A DNA stretch of 64,000 nucleotides from Candidatus Nomurabacteria bacterium RIFCSPLOWO2_01_FULL_42_17 (GCA_001785985.1 MFVE01000005.1:233771-297770), one strand, 5' to 3'. Numbered from the stretch's first letter, positions 35,038 to 44,597 are shown. Notes: a model not told the origin generated them from the sequence alone. Numbers and translations are program-made.

Positions 35038-38000
35038 ATGGCTGAAAAAGAACCTGCCCGCAATGCTTTCAGCATAGCTGATGCAGGCGGGGAAAAAAGT
35101 AATAAGAGTGATGTAGCGCTTCCAGCCTCCGCTGGTAGCTCTGGCGTGGCGAAGCGCGAGGAAGCAATTTTGCAGTTTTGGAAGAAGAATAAAATTTTCC
35201 AGAAATCTTTAGATAAAAATTCACCAAAGGGGAATTATGTTTTTTATGATGGTCCGCCTTTCGCTACCGGCCTGATACATTATGGACACATTTTAGGGAG
35301 TACTGCCAAAGATGCCGTGGCGCGTTATCAGACGATGAGGGGATATCATGTGCCTAGAAAGTGGGGCTGGGATTGTCATGGACTTCCGATTGAAAACATT
35401 GTTGAAAAAGATTTGAATATTGCCGGACATAAGGAAATAGAAAAGATTGGTATAGATAAATTTGTCGAACATGCGCGGAGTCTTGTCTTGCAATACGATA
35501 AGGAATGGGAAAGCGGGGTAGAGCGCATCGGACGATGGGTGGACTTTCGGGGCGGATACAAAACGATGGACAATACTTTCATCGAATCCGTCTGGTGGGC
35601 GTTTAGCGAGCTAAATAAAAAAGGACTTATCTATGAAGGGGTGAGAGTTCTGGCCTATTGCGCAAGATGCGAGACGCCGATCGCGAATTCCGAAATTGCG
35701 ATGGATAACAGCTATAAAGATATTGCGGATCTTTCTATTTATGTAAAGTTTGAACTGGAAAATGAATCGGGAACATATCTGCTTGCTTGGACCACCACTC
35801 CGTGGACATTGCCGGGGAACACTGCGATTGCGGTAAATAAAAATATTACATATGTAAAAGTGAGAATAGGAAATGATGTGTTGATACTTGCAAAAGACAC
35901 CCTCCAGAATGTATTAAAAGAAAAAGAATATTCTGTGGTAGAGGAAATCAAAGGGAGTGAATTAATAGGCAAAAAATATAAACCGGTATTTCCATACTAT
36001 CGGAATGTTGATCTGCCAAATAAAGAAAACATTTGGAAGGTCTGGTCGGCGGATTTCGTGACGACCGAGAAAGGTACGGGGATCGCGCACGAAGCGCCGG
36101 CTTTCGGCGAGGACGATATGAATCTGGCAAAGCAGTATAGTATTCCCTGGATTATTCACGTGGATGAGACGGGCAGATTTAAGCCCGAAGTTACTGATTT
36201 TTCTGGTTTAAAAGTCAAACCAAAAGATACGCCGGAAGACAAAGATGCGCATATGCGGAGCGATATTGAAATCATTAAATATCTGCAAAAAACCGGAGCA
36301 TATTTTGATAAAGAAAAAATAATCCATTCATATCCGCATTGCATGCGTTGCGATACGCCGATTATTTATTACGCGCTGCCATCCTGGTTCATAAATATTC
36401 AGAAAGTTAAAAAAAATATTTTGAAAAGAGCTGAGAGTATGAATTGGGTTCCTGCACATCTAAAAGAGGGCAGATTTAAAAATATAGTCGAAAATGCGCC
36501 TGATTGGAATGTGTCCAGAAATCGTTACTGGGCTTCGCCTTTACCCGTCTGGAAATGTGAAAAATGCACCGAACAAGTTTTTATTAGTTCGCTCGCAGAT
36601 CTGAAAGTCAAAACAAAAAAGTCCGGTAATAAATATTTTGTAATGCGGCACGGGGAGGCGGAAAATAACGCAAAAAATATTTATTCTTCCAACCAGAAAA
36701 TAAACCACCTGACAGAAAAAGGTCGCACGCAAGTCCTGCAGACGATAGGGCACCTAAAAAGTAAAAAAATCACTAAAATATATTGTTCACCTTTTTTGCG
36801 TACCCGCGAGACGGCGCAAATGGTAGCCGAGAAAATTGGTTTTCCGCTCGAGAAAATTATTTACGATGACAGAATTCGCGAATTAGAATTTGGTGATTTT
36901 TCAGAGCGTCCGGTTTCGGATTACTGGGATTATATGAAAGACAAAATATGGGAATTTGATAAAAAAGTTCCCGGAGGGGAAAGTTTTCAGGATGGCAAGA
37001 ATCGTATTGGAAATTTTCTGTACGATATCGATCAGAAAAATAAAAATGAGTGCATCCTGATCATCTCTCATGGCATTGCAGTCGAGATGGTGCCAGCGGT
37101 GATCGAAGCAGCTGATAAAAAGCGTTCAGCAGAAGTTTTTCATTTGCATATGAAAAATAAAACTGCAGAATTGCATCGTGAACATGAATTTTCTCCTCTT
37201 CCACATAATGCAAATTATGAACTAGATTTTCATAGACCCTATATAGATGAGATAAGACTCGTTTGCAGTTGTAAATCCGAAATGAAGAGAGTGCCCGAAG
37301 TTTTAGATTCTTGGTTGGAGTCTGGTTCCATGCCTTTTGCGCAGAATCACTATCCATTTGAAAATCGAGATTGGCAGAAGAATAATTTTCCGGCTGGTTT
37401 CGTGGCGGAATATATCGCGCAGACCAGAACATGGTTTTATTATACTCATGTGCTCTCGACAATTCTCTTTGATCATGCACCATTTGATAATGTGGTCACC
37501 ACTGGCACGCTGCTCTCGGAAGATGGTCAGAAAATCTCAAAATCTAAAAAGAATTATCCAGACCCATGGATATTTATAGATAAGTATGGAGTGGACGCGC
37601 TTCGTATGTATCTGATGACGAGTCCCCTAATGAAAGGCGAAGATGCAAACTTCTCCGAAAAATTAGTACAGGAAATTTCAAGTAAAATTATCGGAAGACT
37701 TGGTAATGTGGTTTCTTTCTATGAACTCTACCCCGCGCCAGAGCAAGCCAGGTACGAGGCAGGTAGTGATGTTAAAAAGTCTGGAGATATCTTGGATAAA
37801 TGGATTCTGGCGCGATTGAATCAACTGGTGAGTGAAGTTACAAACGGCATGGAAGCCTACGATATGAATGAAGCCTCTCGCCCCATCGAGGGCTTCATTG
37901 AGGATCTTTCTGTGTGGTATCTGCGTCGTTCCAGAGAGCGAATAAAAGATGGGGACAAGGAAGCGAAACAGACTTTATATTTTCTACTAAAAACCGTGGC

Positions 38001-38658
38001 GAAAATCATGGCGCCGTTTGCGCCTTTCACTGCCGATGATATTTGGTTGCGCTTAAAAAATAAAAATGATGCGGAAAGTGTGCATCTGACGCAGTGGCCA
38101 AAAATGTCGAAGCCGGTTTTTGACATTTTTGGCAGTTCGCAAGATAAAATCTTAGGTAGTATGCAAAAAGTTAGAAATATCGTTTCTCTAGGACTGGAGG
38201 CTCGGCAAAAAGCAGGCATAAAAGTGCGACAACCGCTTGCTAGATTAGAAATAAAAGATTTCAATTTGGGAAAAGAATATGTTGAGCTTATAAAAGATGA
38301 ATTGAATGTGAAAGAAGTGAAACAAAATAAAAATCTTGAAAGTGAAGTCAGTCTAGATTTAAATATCACCGAAGAATTAAAGCAAGAGGGAGATTATCGA
38401 GAATTGGTTCGTGCTTTGCAAGATATGCGCAAAAAGATTGGGTTAACCCCGAGTGATGTCGTCGCGCTTACTTTTGAAACAAATGATATGGGTAAAGAAT
38501 TAATTCAAAAGTTTGAACTCGATATAAAGAAAACTGTACTCGTGTCTGAAATAAAATTCAAAGAAAATACTGGTCCTGCTTTCGCCGAAGGCTACAGCGA
38601 GGCGAGGGATGAAATAAAAATAGATGATTTAGTATTTAAGGTAAAAATTGAGAAATAG
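35038..38658 (+). CDS. ileS: Isoleucine--tRNA ligase (type 2) carrying an inserted histidine-phosphatase (PGAM-like) domain
   Basis: PPFATGLIHYGH (HIGH), a CP1 editing domain, WKCEKC ... DFHRPYIDEIRLVCSCK ... KISKSKKN (KMSKS). About 200 extra residues (~aa 521-729) contain FVMRHGEAENN, CSPFLRTRETAQ, ELEFGDF and ILIISHGIAVE. The true start may be the GTG near 35146, because codons 5-18 are a GC-rich repeat. Confidence 0.85.
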   Translation: MAEKEPARNAFSIADAGGEKSNKSDVALPASAGSSGVAKREEAILQFWKKNKIFQKSLDKNSPKGNYVFYDGPPFATGLIHYGHILGSTAKDAVARYQTMRGYHVPRKWGWDCHGLPIENIVEKDLNIAGHKEIEKIGIDKFVEHARSLVLQYDKEWESGVERIGRWVDFRGGYKTMDNTFIESVWWAFSELNKKGLIYEGVRVLAYCARCETPIANSEIAMDNSYKDIADLSIYVKFELENESGTYLLAWTTTPWTLPGNTAIAVNKNITYVKVRIGNDVLILAKDTLQNVLKEKEYSVVEEIKGSELIGKKYKPVFPYYRNVDLPNKENIWKVWSADFVTTEKGTGIAHEAPAFGEDDMNLAKQYSIPWIIHVDETGRFKPEVTDFSGLKVKPKDTPEDKDAHMRSDIEIIKYLQKTGAYFDKEKIIHSYPHCMRCDTPIIYYALPSWFINIQKVKKNILKRAESMNWVPAHLKEGRFKNIVENAPDWNVSRNRYWASPLPVWKCEKCTEQVFISSLADLKVKTKKSGNKYFVMRHGEAENNAKNIYSSNQKINHLTEKGRTQVLQTIGHLKSKKITKIYCSPFLRTRETAQMVAEKIGFPLEKIIYDDRIRELEFGDFSERPVSDYWDYMKDKIWEFDKKVPGGESFQDGKNRIGNFLYDIDQKNKNECILIISHGIAVEMVPAVIEAADKKRSAEVFHLHMKNKTAELHREHEFSPLPHNANYELDFHRPYIDEIRLVCSCKSEMKRVPEVLDSWLESGSMPFAQNHYPFENRDWQKNNFPAGFVAEYIAQTRTWFYYTHVLSTILFDHAPFDNVVTTGTLLSEDGQKISKSKKNYPDPWIFIDKYGVDALRMYLMTSPLMKGEDANFSEKLVQEISSKIIGRLGNVVSFYELYPAPEQARYEAGSDVKKSGDILDKWILARLNQLVSEVTNGMEAYDMNEASRPIEGFIEDLSVWYLRRSRERIKDGDKEAKQTLYFLLKTVAKIMAPFAPFTADDIWLRLKNKNDAESVHLTQWPKMSKPVFDIFGSSQDKILGSMQKVRNIVSLGLEARQKAGIKVRQPLARLEIKDFNLGKEYVELIKDELNVKEVKQNKNLESEVSLDLNITEELKQEGDYRELVRALQDMRKKIGLTPSDVVALTFETNDMGKELIQKFELDIKKTVLVSEIKFKENTGPAFAEGYSEARDEIKIDDLVFKVKIEK
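35053..35092. repeat. GC-rich palindromic repeat, family A, copy 3 (inside the annotated 5' end of ileS)
   Basis: cctgcccgcaatgctttcagcatagctgatgcaggcgggg. Confidence 0.7.
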
Positions 38659-38662
38659 ACTT

Positions 38663-39310
38663 ATGAAAAAAATTTCAGAAATTTATACTGAATATAAGAT
38701 CATGCCGAATTTACAGGAGCATATGCTTCGCGTAGCGGCGGTGGCATCTTTGATTTGTGATAATTTTAATGAGCCAGTCTCAAAAGCAGAACTAGTGACA
38801 GCATGCTTGCTGCATGATATGGGAAATATCATAAAGTCTCAATTGGAATATTTTCCAGAATTTTTAGAGCCAGAAGGACTAGAGTATTGGCAAGGTGTTA
38901 AAAATGAATATATAAATAAATATGGAAGAGATGAACATAAGGCGACAGAACAGATCATGAAAGAGCTTGGTGTATTTCCAAATTTAATTTCAGTTGTAGA
39001 TCAGATTAGATTTTCACTTATTCGTAATATCCGTGACAGCAACGATATGATGATGAAAATAATTATTTATTCCGACAATCGTGCGGATCCGCATGGAATA
39101 GTGTCTTACGAAGAGAGGATGGAAGAGGGGAAAAAGAGATATAAAAATAGAAAAGATGTTTTTGGTATTACAGGACGGGATGAATTGATCCAATGTGGTA
39201 AAGAAATTGAAAAACAAATTTTTTCCAAGTGTAAAATAAAGCCGGAAGATATAAATAACGAAACCGTTGCACCAATAGTTCTAAAATTGAAAAATTTTGT
39301 GGTAAAATAA
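38663..39310 (+). CDS. HD-domain phosphohydrolase
   Basis: The H...HD motif (LLHDMGN) with downstream His/Asp residues. The start is moved to MKKISEIY. It overlaps the end of ileS. Confidence 0.55.
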   Translation: MKKISEIYTEYKIMPNLQEHMLRVAAVASLICDNFNEPVSKAELVTACLLHDMGNIIKSQLEYFPEFLEPEGLEYWQGVKNEYINKYGRDEHKATEQIMKELGVFPNLISVVDQIRFSLIRNIRDSNDMMMKIIIYSDNRADPHGIVSYEERMEEGKKRYKNRKDVFGITGRDELIQCGKEIEKQIFSKCKIKPEDINNETVAPIVLKLKNFVVK

Positions 39311-39323
39311 GATGAAACTCTCT

Positions 39324-39359
39324 ATAGCATATTGGTAACGGCCGTCACCAATATGCTAT
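39324..39359. promoter_or_regulatory. 36-bp near-perfect palindrome ATAGCATATTGGTAACGGCCGTCACCAATATGCTAT
   Basis: 17 of 18 positions pair. It shares ATAGCA...ACGGCCGT...TGCTAT with the palindrome at 39942. Confidence 0.6.
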
Positions 39360-39368
39360 CATGTATTC

Positions 39369-39929
39369 ATGAAGATAATTGATAAAGAATCTAATGCAGG
39401 GAAAATAATTCGTGCGCTAGGTTTTGGGATTGGGATAACAGTGGCTTTATCAAACAGAAGGACTAGTTATAAAATCACTAAATTATTGATCAAAGAAATC
39501 TTTGGATTAAATAAAAGACCGCCTAATATGGCTGGCTACTTTTTAAAACTAAGAAAACAAAAATTGATTGAGATCAAAAAAGACGGGAATCATCATAGAA
39601 TTTTTCTAACAGAAGGTGGCAGAGAGATCTTTTTACGATTCAATTATGAGGAATTAAAAATAAGAAATCCAAAAATCTGGGACCGAAATTTTCGAGTGAT
39701 TGTTTTTGATATTCCAGAAAGAAAAAGAAATGCACGAAATTCTTTAAGAGAAAAGATGAAGGAGTTAGGTTTTATCAAATTTAACGATAGTGTTTGGATT
39801 TATCCTTATCCATGTCAAAAAGAGATTGATTTCATCGCTAATTATTGGGGAATAGGCAAGTATGTGCATTTTATTTTGGCTCGAGATATTACGAATCGCG
39901 ATTTATTAGAAAAGTCCTTCAATTTATAG
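39369..39929 (+). CDS. PaaX-like regulator-type protein (N-terminal wHTH-like region plus C-terminal Cas2-fold-like domain)
   Basis: WDRNFRVIVFDIPERKRNARNSLREKMKELGFIKFNDSVWIYPY resembles the PaaX C-terminal / Cas2-like core. There is no CRISPR array nearby. Confidence 0.4.
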   Translation: MKIIDKESNAGKIIRALGFGIGITVALSNRRTSYKITKLLIKEIFGLNKRPPNMAGYFLKLRKQKLIEIKKDGNHHRIFLTEGGREIFLRFNYEELKIRNPKIWDRNFRVIVFDIPERKRNARNSLREKMKELGFIKFNDSVWIYPYPCQKEIDFIANYWGIGKYVHFILARDITNRDLLEKSFNL

Positions 39930-39941
39930 TTTTTTAGATAG

Positions 39942-39977
39942 ATAGCACAATAGAGACGGCCGTCTCTATTGTGCTAT
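39942..39977. promoter_or_regulatory. 36-bp perfect palindrome ATAGCACAATAGAGACGGCCGTCTCTATTGTGCTAT
   Basis: All 18 pairs complementary. It lies 12 nt after the stop of the 39369 gene. Confidence 0.6.
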
Positions 39978-40040
39978 TACGTTATTATATATTGTCTATT
40001 TCTTTTTAATTTTTTATTTTGACTATGATATAATCAAGGA

Positions 40041-40682
40041 ATGAAGATTAAAAAACTCGGGCACTGTTGTTTGGTGATAGAGATAGACGGGAAAAGGATT
40101 ATGACCGATCCGAGTTTTCTGGATTACGGAGGAGAGTCTACGCTTGAGAGAAATATTTCTGCAATCTTAATTACACATGAACATGCGGATCATTTACATA
40201 TTGAAACTCTTAAACAAATTTTGCAATATAATCAAAATGCAATTGTGATTACTAATACCTCTGTGGGTAAATTGCTTAATGAGGCTGGAATCAAATATGT
40301 AAAAGTGGAAGACGGTGAAAGTTATGATTTGAACGGTGTTATACTTGCGGGCTTTGGTGATATGCACGCTCAAATATATGAAGACTACGGTCAAGTTCAA
40401 AACACTGGCTATATGATAAATGCACTATGCTATCCTGGGGATTCTTTTAACTTGCCTAATGCGCGCGTGGATATTTTGGCCTTGCCGGTCTTGGGTCCTT
40501 GGATGAAAATGAAAGATGCTATTGATTATGCAAAGGAACTTAAGCCCAGGGTTTGTTTCCCTGTGCATGATGCGCCTCTGAAGCCTTTTGCTACTTTTAT
40601 ATATAAAATACCAGAGAATTTTCTATCAAAAGTTGGAATTGAATTTAAGAAACTGGAATTAGGTAAAGAAGAAGAATTATAA
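40041..40682 (+). CDS. MBL-fold metallo-hydrolase
   Basis: ILITHEHADHL (HxHxDH), plus downstream His and Asp residues. 213 aa. Confidence 0.7.
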   Translation: MKIKKLGHCCLVIEIDGKRIMTDPSFLDYGGESTLERNISAILITHEHADHLHIETLKQILQYNQNAIVITNTSVGKLLNEAGIKYVKVEDGESYDLNGVILAGFGDMHAQIYEDYGQVQNTGYMINALCYPGDSFNLPNARVDILALPVLGPWMKMKDAIDYAKELKPRVCFPVHDAPLKPFATFIYKIPENFLSKVGIEFKKLELGKEEEL

Positions 40683-40683
40683 A

Positions 40684-41265
40684 ATGCACCACATTTATCA
40701 CACAGAGGGGATAATACTGAGCAGTCGGAATTTTGGGGAGGCGGGGAAACATTTTTCCATTTTTACCCGCGATCTGGGGATGATCACGGCCTTCGCGCAG
40801 GGAGTGCGCAAGATGTCTTCAAAGTTGCGTTTTGTTTTGCAAGATTTTGCTTATCTGAAGATCGATCTGGTGGCTGGGAAAAACATTTTTCGGGTGACGA
40901 ATGCGGCCAAAACAAATATGTTGGAACAAATCACCAGACAGCCGGAAACTTTTGCAGTTTTGGCAAACATTGCGCGCTTGCTCAAGCGCTTGCTCGCTGG
41001 AGTCGAGCCCAATGAAGCTCTGTTTACGGATCTGATCCACGGTTTCTCTGTTCTGGAAAAATTGAAAAAAGATGACGACCTGCGGAATCTGGAAGCAGTG
41101 ATCGTCTTGCGCATATTAAATAATTTAGGGTATATCGGGGAAAATGAGATCCTGAAAAATCTCACCAAATCTCCATTTGAAGAAGGCTTGGTGTTTGAAG
41201 TTTCAAAGGATAGAACAAAGGTATTGCATCAGATAAACAAAGCTCTAAAGGAGACACATCTATAG
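40684..41265 (+). CDS. recO: DNA repair protein RecO (short form)
   Basis: N-terminal OB-fold pattern TEGIILSSRNFGEAGKHFSIFTRDLGMITAFAQGVRKMSSKL. Confidence 0.55.
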   Translation: MHHIYHTEGIILSSRNFGEAGKHFSIFTRDLGMITAFAQGVRKMSSKLRFVLQDFAYLKIDLVAGKNIFRVTNAAKTNMLEQITRQPETFAVLANIARLLKRLLAGVEPNEALFTDLIHGFSVLEKLKKDDDLRNLEAVIVLRILNNLGYIGENEILKNLTKSPFEEGLVFEVSKDRTKVLHQINKALKETHL

Positions 41266-41287
41266 AAAAATATGGTACAATTCCAGA

Positions 41288-43249
41288 ATGCCAATAAACG
41301 ACAGGGATAAATTAAACAGAATAGAAGAACTCAAGGCTAAGCTTTTCAGTAAAAATTATCAAACAAAGATAGAGCATCGGGATAAATTTTCACATCCAAA
41401 GAGGAGCGATGTGCCAGAGGTCTGGGAAGAGGGCGAGAATCTGGGAACTGGCCCCACTGCTTACACTCAGAGATTTTTTATGAAAACATCAATGTTTAAA
41501 AATTTTTTCATTTTTTCGTCAGTTTTTTTTGTTTTGACGCTCTTGTATGCTTCCTATGTATTTTTTGCCGGAGGTAATACGGTTTCTAACGATAATATTG
41601 ATATTTCTATTCTTGGAAATAATTTTACCGCCGGCGGGGAAGATCTGTCCCTGATTGTTGGGATTACAAATAAAAATAGTTCTGCGCTGGATTTAGTAGA
41701 TCTGGTTTTGGAATATCCTAGGGGCTCTTCTGCCAATTCTGCGGATGGGGGCGCGGGTTCGTCTGCTGGGGTAGAGAGGTTTCGTCAATCTTTGGGCACT
41801 ATTCCTTCTGGAGGCGTGCGCAATGAAAATCTCAAAATAGTTCTTTTTGGCGAGCAAGGTTCGGTGCGCACTATAAAAATTTCTCTAGAGTACCGGGTCG
41901 AAGGCTCGAATGCGATTTTTGTTAAAGAAAAATCTTATGATGTTACTATCAGCTCCACACCCCTCAATATTTCTGTCGATGCGCCTGCGACCGTCAGCCC
42001 GAATCAAGATATCACCCTCAATATCAAGGCGACGTTGAACGCTACGAATACAGTTCCAAAGATGCTCCTCAAGGTTGATTATCCGGCTGGGTTTAAATTT
42101 GAATCCTCTGTGCCCGCCACAACTCTCGGCAACAATGTCTGGAGTTTGGGAGATCTGCCTCCGGGCGCTGAGCGCAATATCTCAATCACAGGCAAGATGC
42201 TCGATGTTTTTGATGGAGAAGAAAAAATATTTCACATTACGAGCGGTTCGCAAGGCGTGGGAGACAAGACTATGATCGATGTGATTTTTAATTCTATATC
42301 GCACATCGTTGCTATTAAAAAACCCTTCATCGAAGCGAAACTTTTTATCAATGGCGTATCAGGCAGGGAATATACTACGAATGCGCAGTCGCCAGTCCAT
42401 GGCGAGATTCGCTGGGTTAATAATTTGGACACCAAAGTGAATGATTTGGAGATTCGGGCAAAAATTTCCGGCAATGCAGTTGATCGCAAGACGATCAAAG
42501 CCGATGGTGGATTTTATGATTCGTCTAAAAATGTAATAATTTGGGACAAGCATTCAGAAGACGGATTCAGTGAGATAAATCCGGGTGATTCCGGGGCAGC
42601 AAATTTCTCCGTCTCTCCACTTTCTCTCTTTTCAGCTACGGGCGAAATGCTCTCTAGTCCCACCATTACTATAGACATTTCTATTTCCGGCAAACAATTA
42701 GTCTCTGGCTATACAGCTGCCGATTTGAATAATTCTAATACCTCTATCATTCGGATCATTTCTGATGTGGGATTAAACACAAAGGCGTTCTATTATTCCG
42801 GGCCTTTCACTAACACTGGCCCGATACCGCCGAAGGTTGAAAAAACGACTACCTACACTATAGTCTGGTCCGTATCTAATACAGCCAACAATATTTCGAG
42901 GGGCGTTGTCCGTTCTACCCTGCCTTCTTGGATCAAATTTGTGGGCGCTATTTCACCTTCGAATGAAGATTTGAATTACAATCCTTCTACCAGAGAAATA
43001 GTTTGGAATATTGGCAACATCCCGAGGGGTACAGATATCACCGGCTTGCCTCGCAGTGTCGCTTTCCAGATCAGCTTTACTCCGTCACTTTCTCAAGTTC
43101 GCACTACGCCGATCATTATCAATGAAGCAGTTTTGACTGGCCATGATGATTTTGCTAATGTGGATGTGAGAGCGAGCAAAGGGTCGCTTCGCACTCAGCT
43201 TTCGAGCGACCCTCAGTTTCCCTCCGCTGGCGGCACGGTAGTTGAATAA
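41288..43249 (+). CDS. Membrane-anchored cell-surface protein with DUF11-like repeats
   Basis: N-terminal TM (FFIFSSVFFVLTLLYASYVFF), then repeated beta-rich modules (TYTIVWSVSNTANN, REIVWNIGNIPRG). Confidence 0.5.
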   Translation: MPINDRDKLNRIEELKAKLFSKNYQTKIEHRDKFSHPKRSDVPEVWEEGENLGTGPTAYTQRFFMKTSMFKNFFIFSSVFFVLTLLYASYVFFAGGNTVSNDNIDISILGNNFTAGGEDLSLIVGITNKNSSALDLVDLVLEYPRGSSANSADGGAGSSAGVERFRQSLGTIPSGGVRNENLKIVLFGEQGSVRTIKISLEYRVEGSNAIFVKEKSYDVTISSTPLNISVDAPATVSPNQDITLNIKATLNATNTVPKMLLKVDYPAGFKFESSVPATTLGNNVWSLGDLPPGAERNISITGKMLDVFDGEEKIFHITSGSQGVGDKTMIDVIFNSISHIVAIKKPFIEAKLFINGVSGREYTTNAQSPVHGEIRWVNNLDTKVNDLEIRAKISGNAVDRKTIKADGGFYDSSKNVIIWDKHSEDGFSEINPGDSGAANFSVSPLSLFSATGEMLSSPTITIDISISGKQLVSGYTAADLNNSNTSIIRIISDVGLNTKAFYYSGPFTNTGPIPPKVEKTTTYTIVWSVSNTANNISRGVVRSTLPSWIKFVGAISPSNEDLNYNPSTREIVWNIGNIPRGTDITGLPRSVAFQISFTPSLSQVRTTPIIINEAVLTGHDDFANVDVRASKGSLRTQLSSDPQFPSAGGTVVE

Positions 43250-43292
43250 TATGAAAAAAGAGAAAAAAGAAAATTTGCAGGAGAATGATTTG

Positions 43293-44597
43293 ATGGAGAA
43301 AATAGTCTCGCTCTGTAAAAGGCGCGGGTTTGTCTTTCAGGGTTCGGAAATATATGGGGGATTAGGGGGTACTTATGACTGGGGGCATTTCGGAGTGGCG
43401 TTAAAAAATAATATCAAGCAATCTTGGTGGAAAAAATTTGTGGATTCCAGGAGAGATATGTATGGCATCGATGCGGCTATTTTGATGCGCCAAGAAGTCT
43501 GGCAAGCGTCCGGCCATGTGGCGGGATTTGCAGATCCCATGTCCGAATGCGAGAAATGCAAGATGCGATTTCGCGCAGATCAACTTGAAGATGCGAAGAA
43601 ATGTCCCGAATGCGGGGGAAAACTGGGCGAAGTGAAGCAATTTAATATGATGTTCTCTACCAGAGTCGGCGCATCGCAAGATTCTTCGGCCACTTCCTAT
43701 CTGCGTCCGGAAACAGCGCAGGGAATGTTTGTAAATTTCAAAAATACTGTGGATGCTTTTCATCCCAGGTTGCCTTTCGGCCTGGCGCAGATCGGCAAGG
43801 CGTTTCGAAACGAGATCACGCCTAGAGATTTTCTTTTCCGACAGCGCGAATTTGAACAGATGGAGATAGAATATTTTATCAGAGAAGAAGATTGGGAAAA
43901 ACATTTTGAATATTGGAGGGGCGAGATGCTGAGCTGGATGCAGGAAGTCGGGCTAGATATGGCAAAAGTCCATGAGCTAGAGGTGTTAAAGGAAGATCGG
44001 GCGCATTACTCTAGCCGGACAGTGGATTTCGAATTTGATTATCCTTTTGGCAAAAAAGAGCTCTTTGGGCTGGCATATCGCACGGATTTTGATTTGAAAA
44101 ATCACAAACTTGAATACATAGACGAACCCGCCGACGCTGAAGCTATGTCGGGCAAGGGAAAAAGTCAAAAAATAGTTCCGCATGTCATCGAGCCGACCTT
44201 CGGCGTCGATCGCGCGGTGCTGGCTCTGATTCTTTCTGTCTATGTGGAAGATGAAAAAGACGGAGAAGTGCGTTCATATCTAAAATTTAAGCCAAACATC
44301 GCTCCAGTGATCTGCGCTGTTTCGCCTTTACTTAAAAATAAGCCAGAGCTCGTGGAATATGCGAATAAAAAAGTTTACGAGCCGCTCAAGGCAGAATTTG
44401 GACGTGTAGCCTGGGATGACAATGGCAATATCGGCAAGCGTTATCGTCGACAAGATGAAATCGGCACGCCGTTTTGCATCGTGGTAGATTTTGATACGCT
44501 CACGGATGATAGCGTGACTGTCCGCGACCGCGATACGGGGGAACAAGAGAGAATAAAAGTAGCGGATTTAAAAAAATATATAAAAGAAAAGATTTAA
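43293..44597 (+). CDS. glyQS: Glycine--tRNA ligase (alpha2 dimeric type)
   Basis: MEKIVSLCKRRGFVFQGSEIYGGLGGTYDWGHFG and class II motifs. The start is moved to MEKIV. The tracked ORF begins at 43242. Confidence 0.85.
   Translation: MEKIVSLCKRRGFVFQGSEIYGGLGGTYDWGHFGVALKNNIKQSWWKKFVDSRRDMYGIDAAILMRQEVWQASGHVAGFADPMSECEKCKMRFRADQLEDAKKCPECGGKLGEVKQFNMMFSTRVGASQDSSATSYLRPETAQGMFVNFKNTVDAFHPRLPFGLAQIGKAFRNEITPRDFLFRQREFEQMEIEYFIREEDWEKHFEYWRGEMLSWMQEVGLDMAKVHELEVLKEDRAHYSSRTVDFEFDYPFGKKELFGLAYRTDFDLKNHKLEYIDEPADAEAMSGKGKSQKIVPHVIEPTFGVDRAVLALILSVYVEDEKDGEVRSYLKFKPNIAPVICAVSPLLKNKPELVEYANKKVYEPLKAEFGRVAWDDNGNIGKRYRRQDEIGTPFCIVVDFDTLTDDSVTVRDRDTGEQERIKVADLKKYIKEKI

Noticed and set aside
39369-39929. 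CRISPR-associated Cas2 call for the protein with the Cas2-like C-terminal block
   Set aside because: There is no CRISPR repeat array or other cas gene anywhere in the window. The block is C-terminal in a 186-aa protein, whereas Cas2 is a ~90-aa protein with the motif at its N-terminus. A PaaX-like regulator is the better fit.
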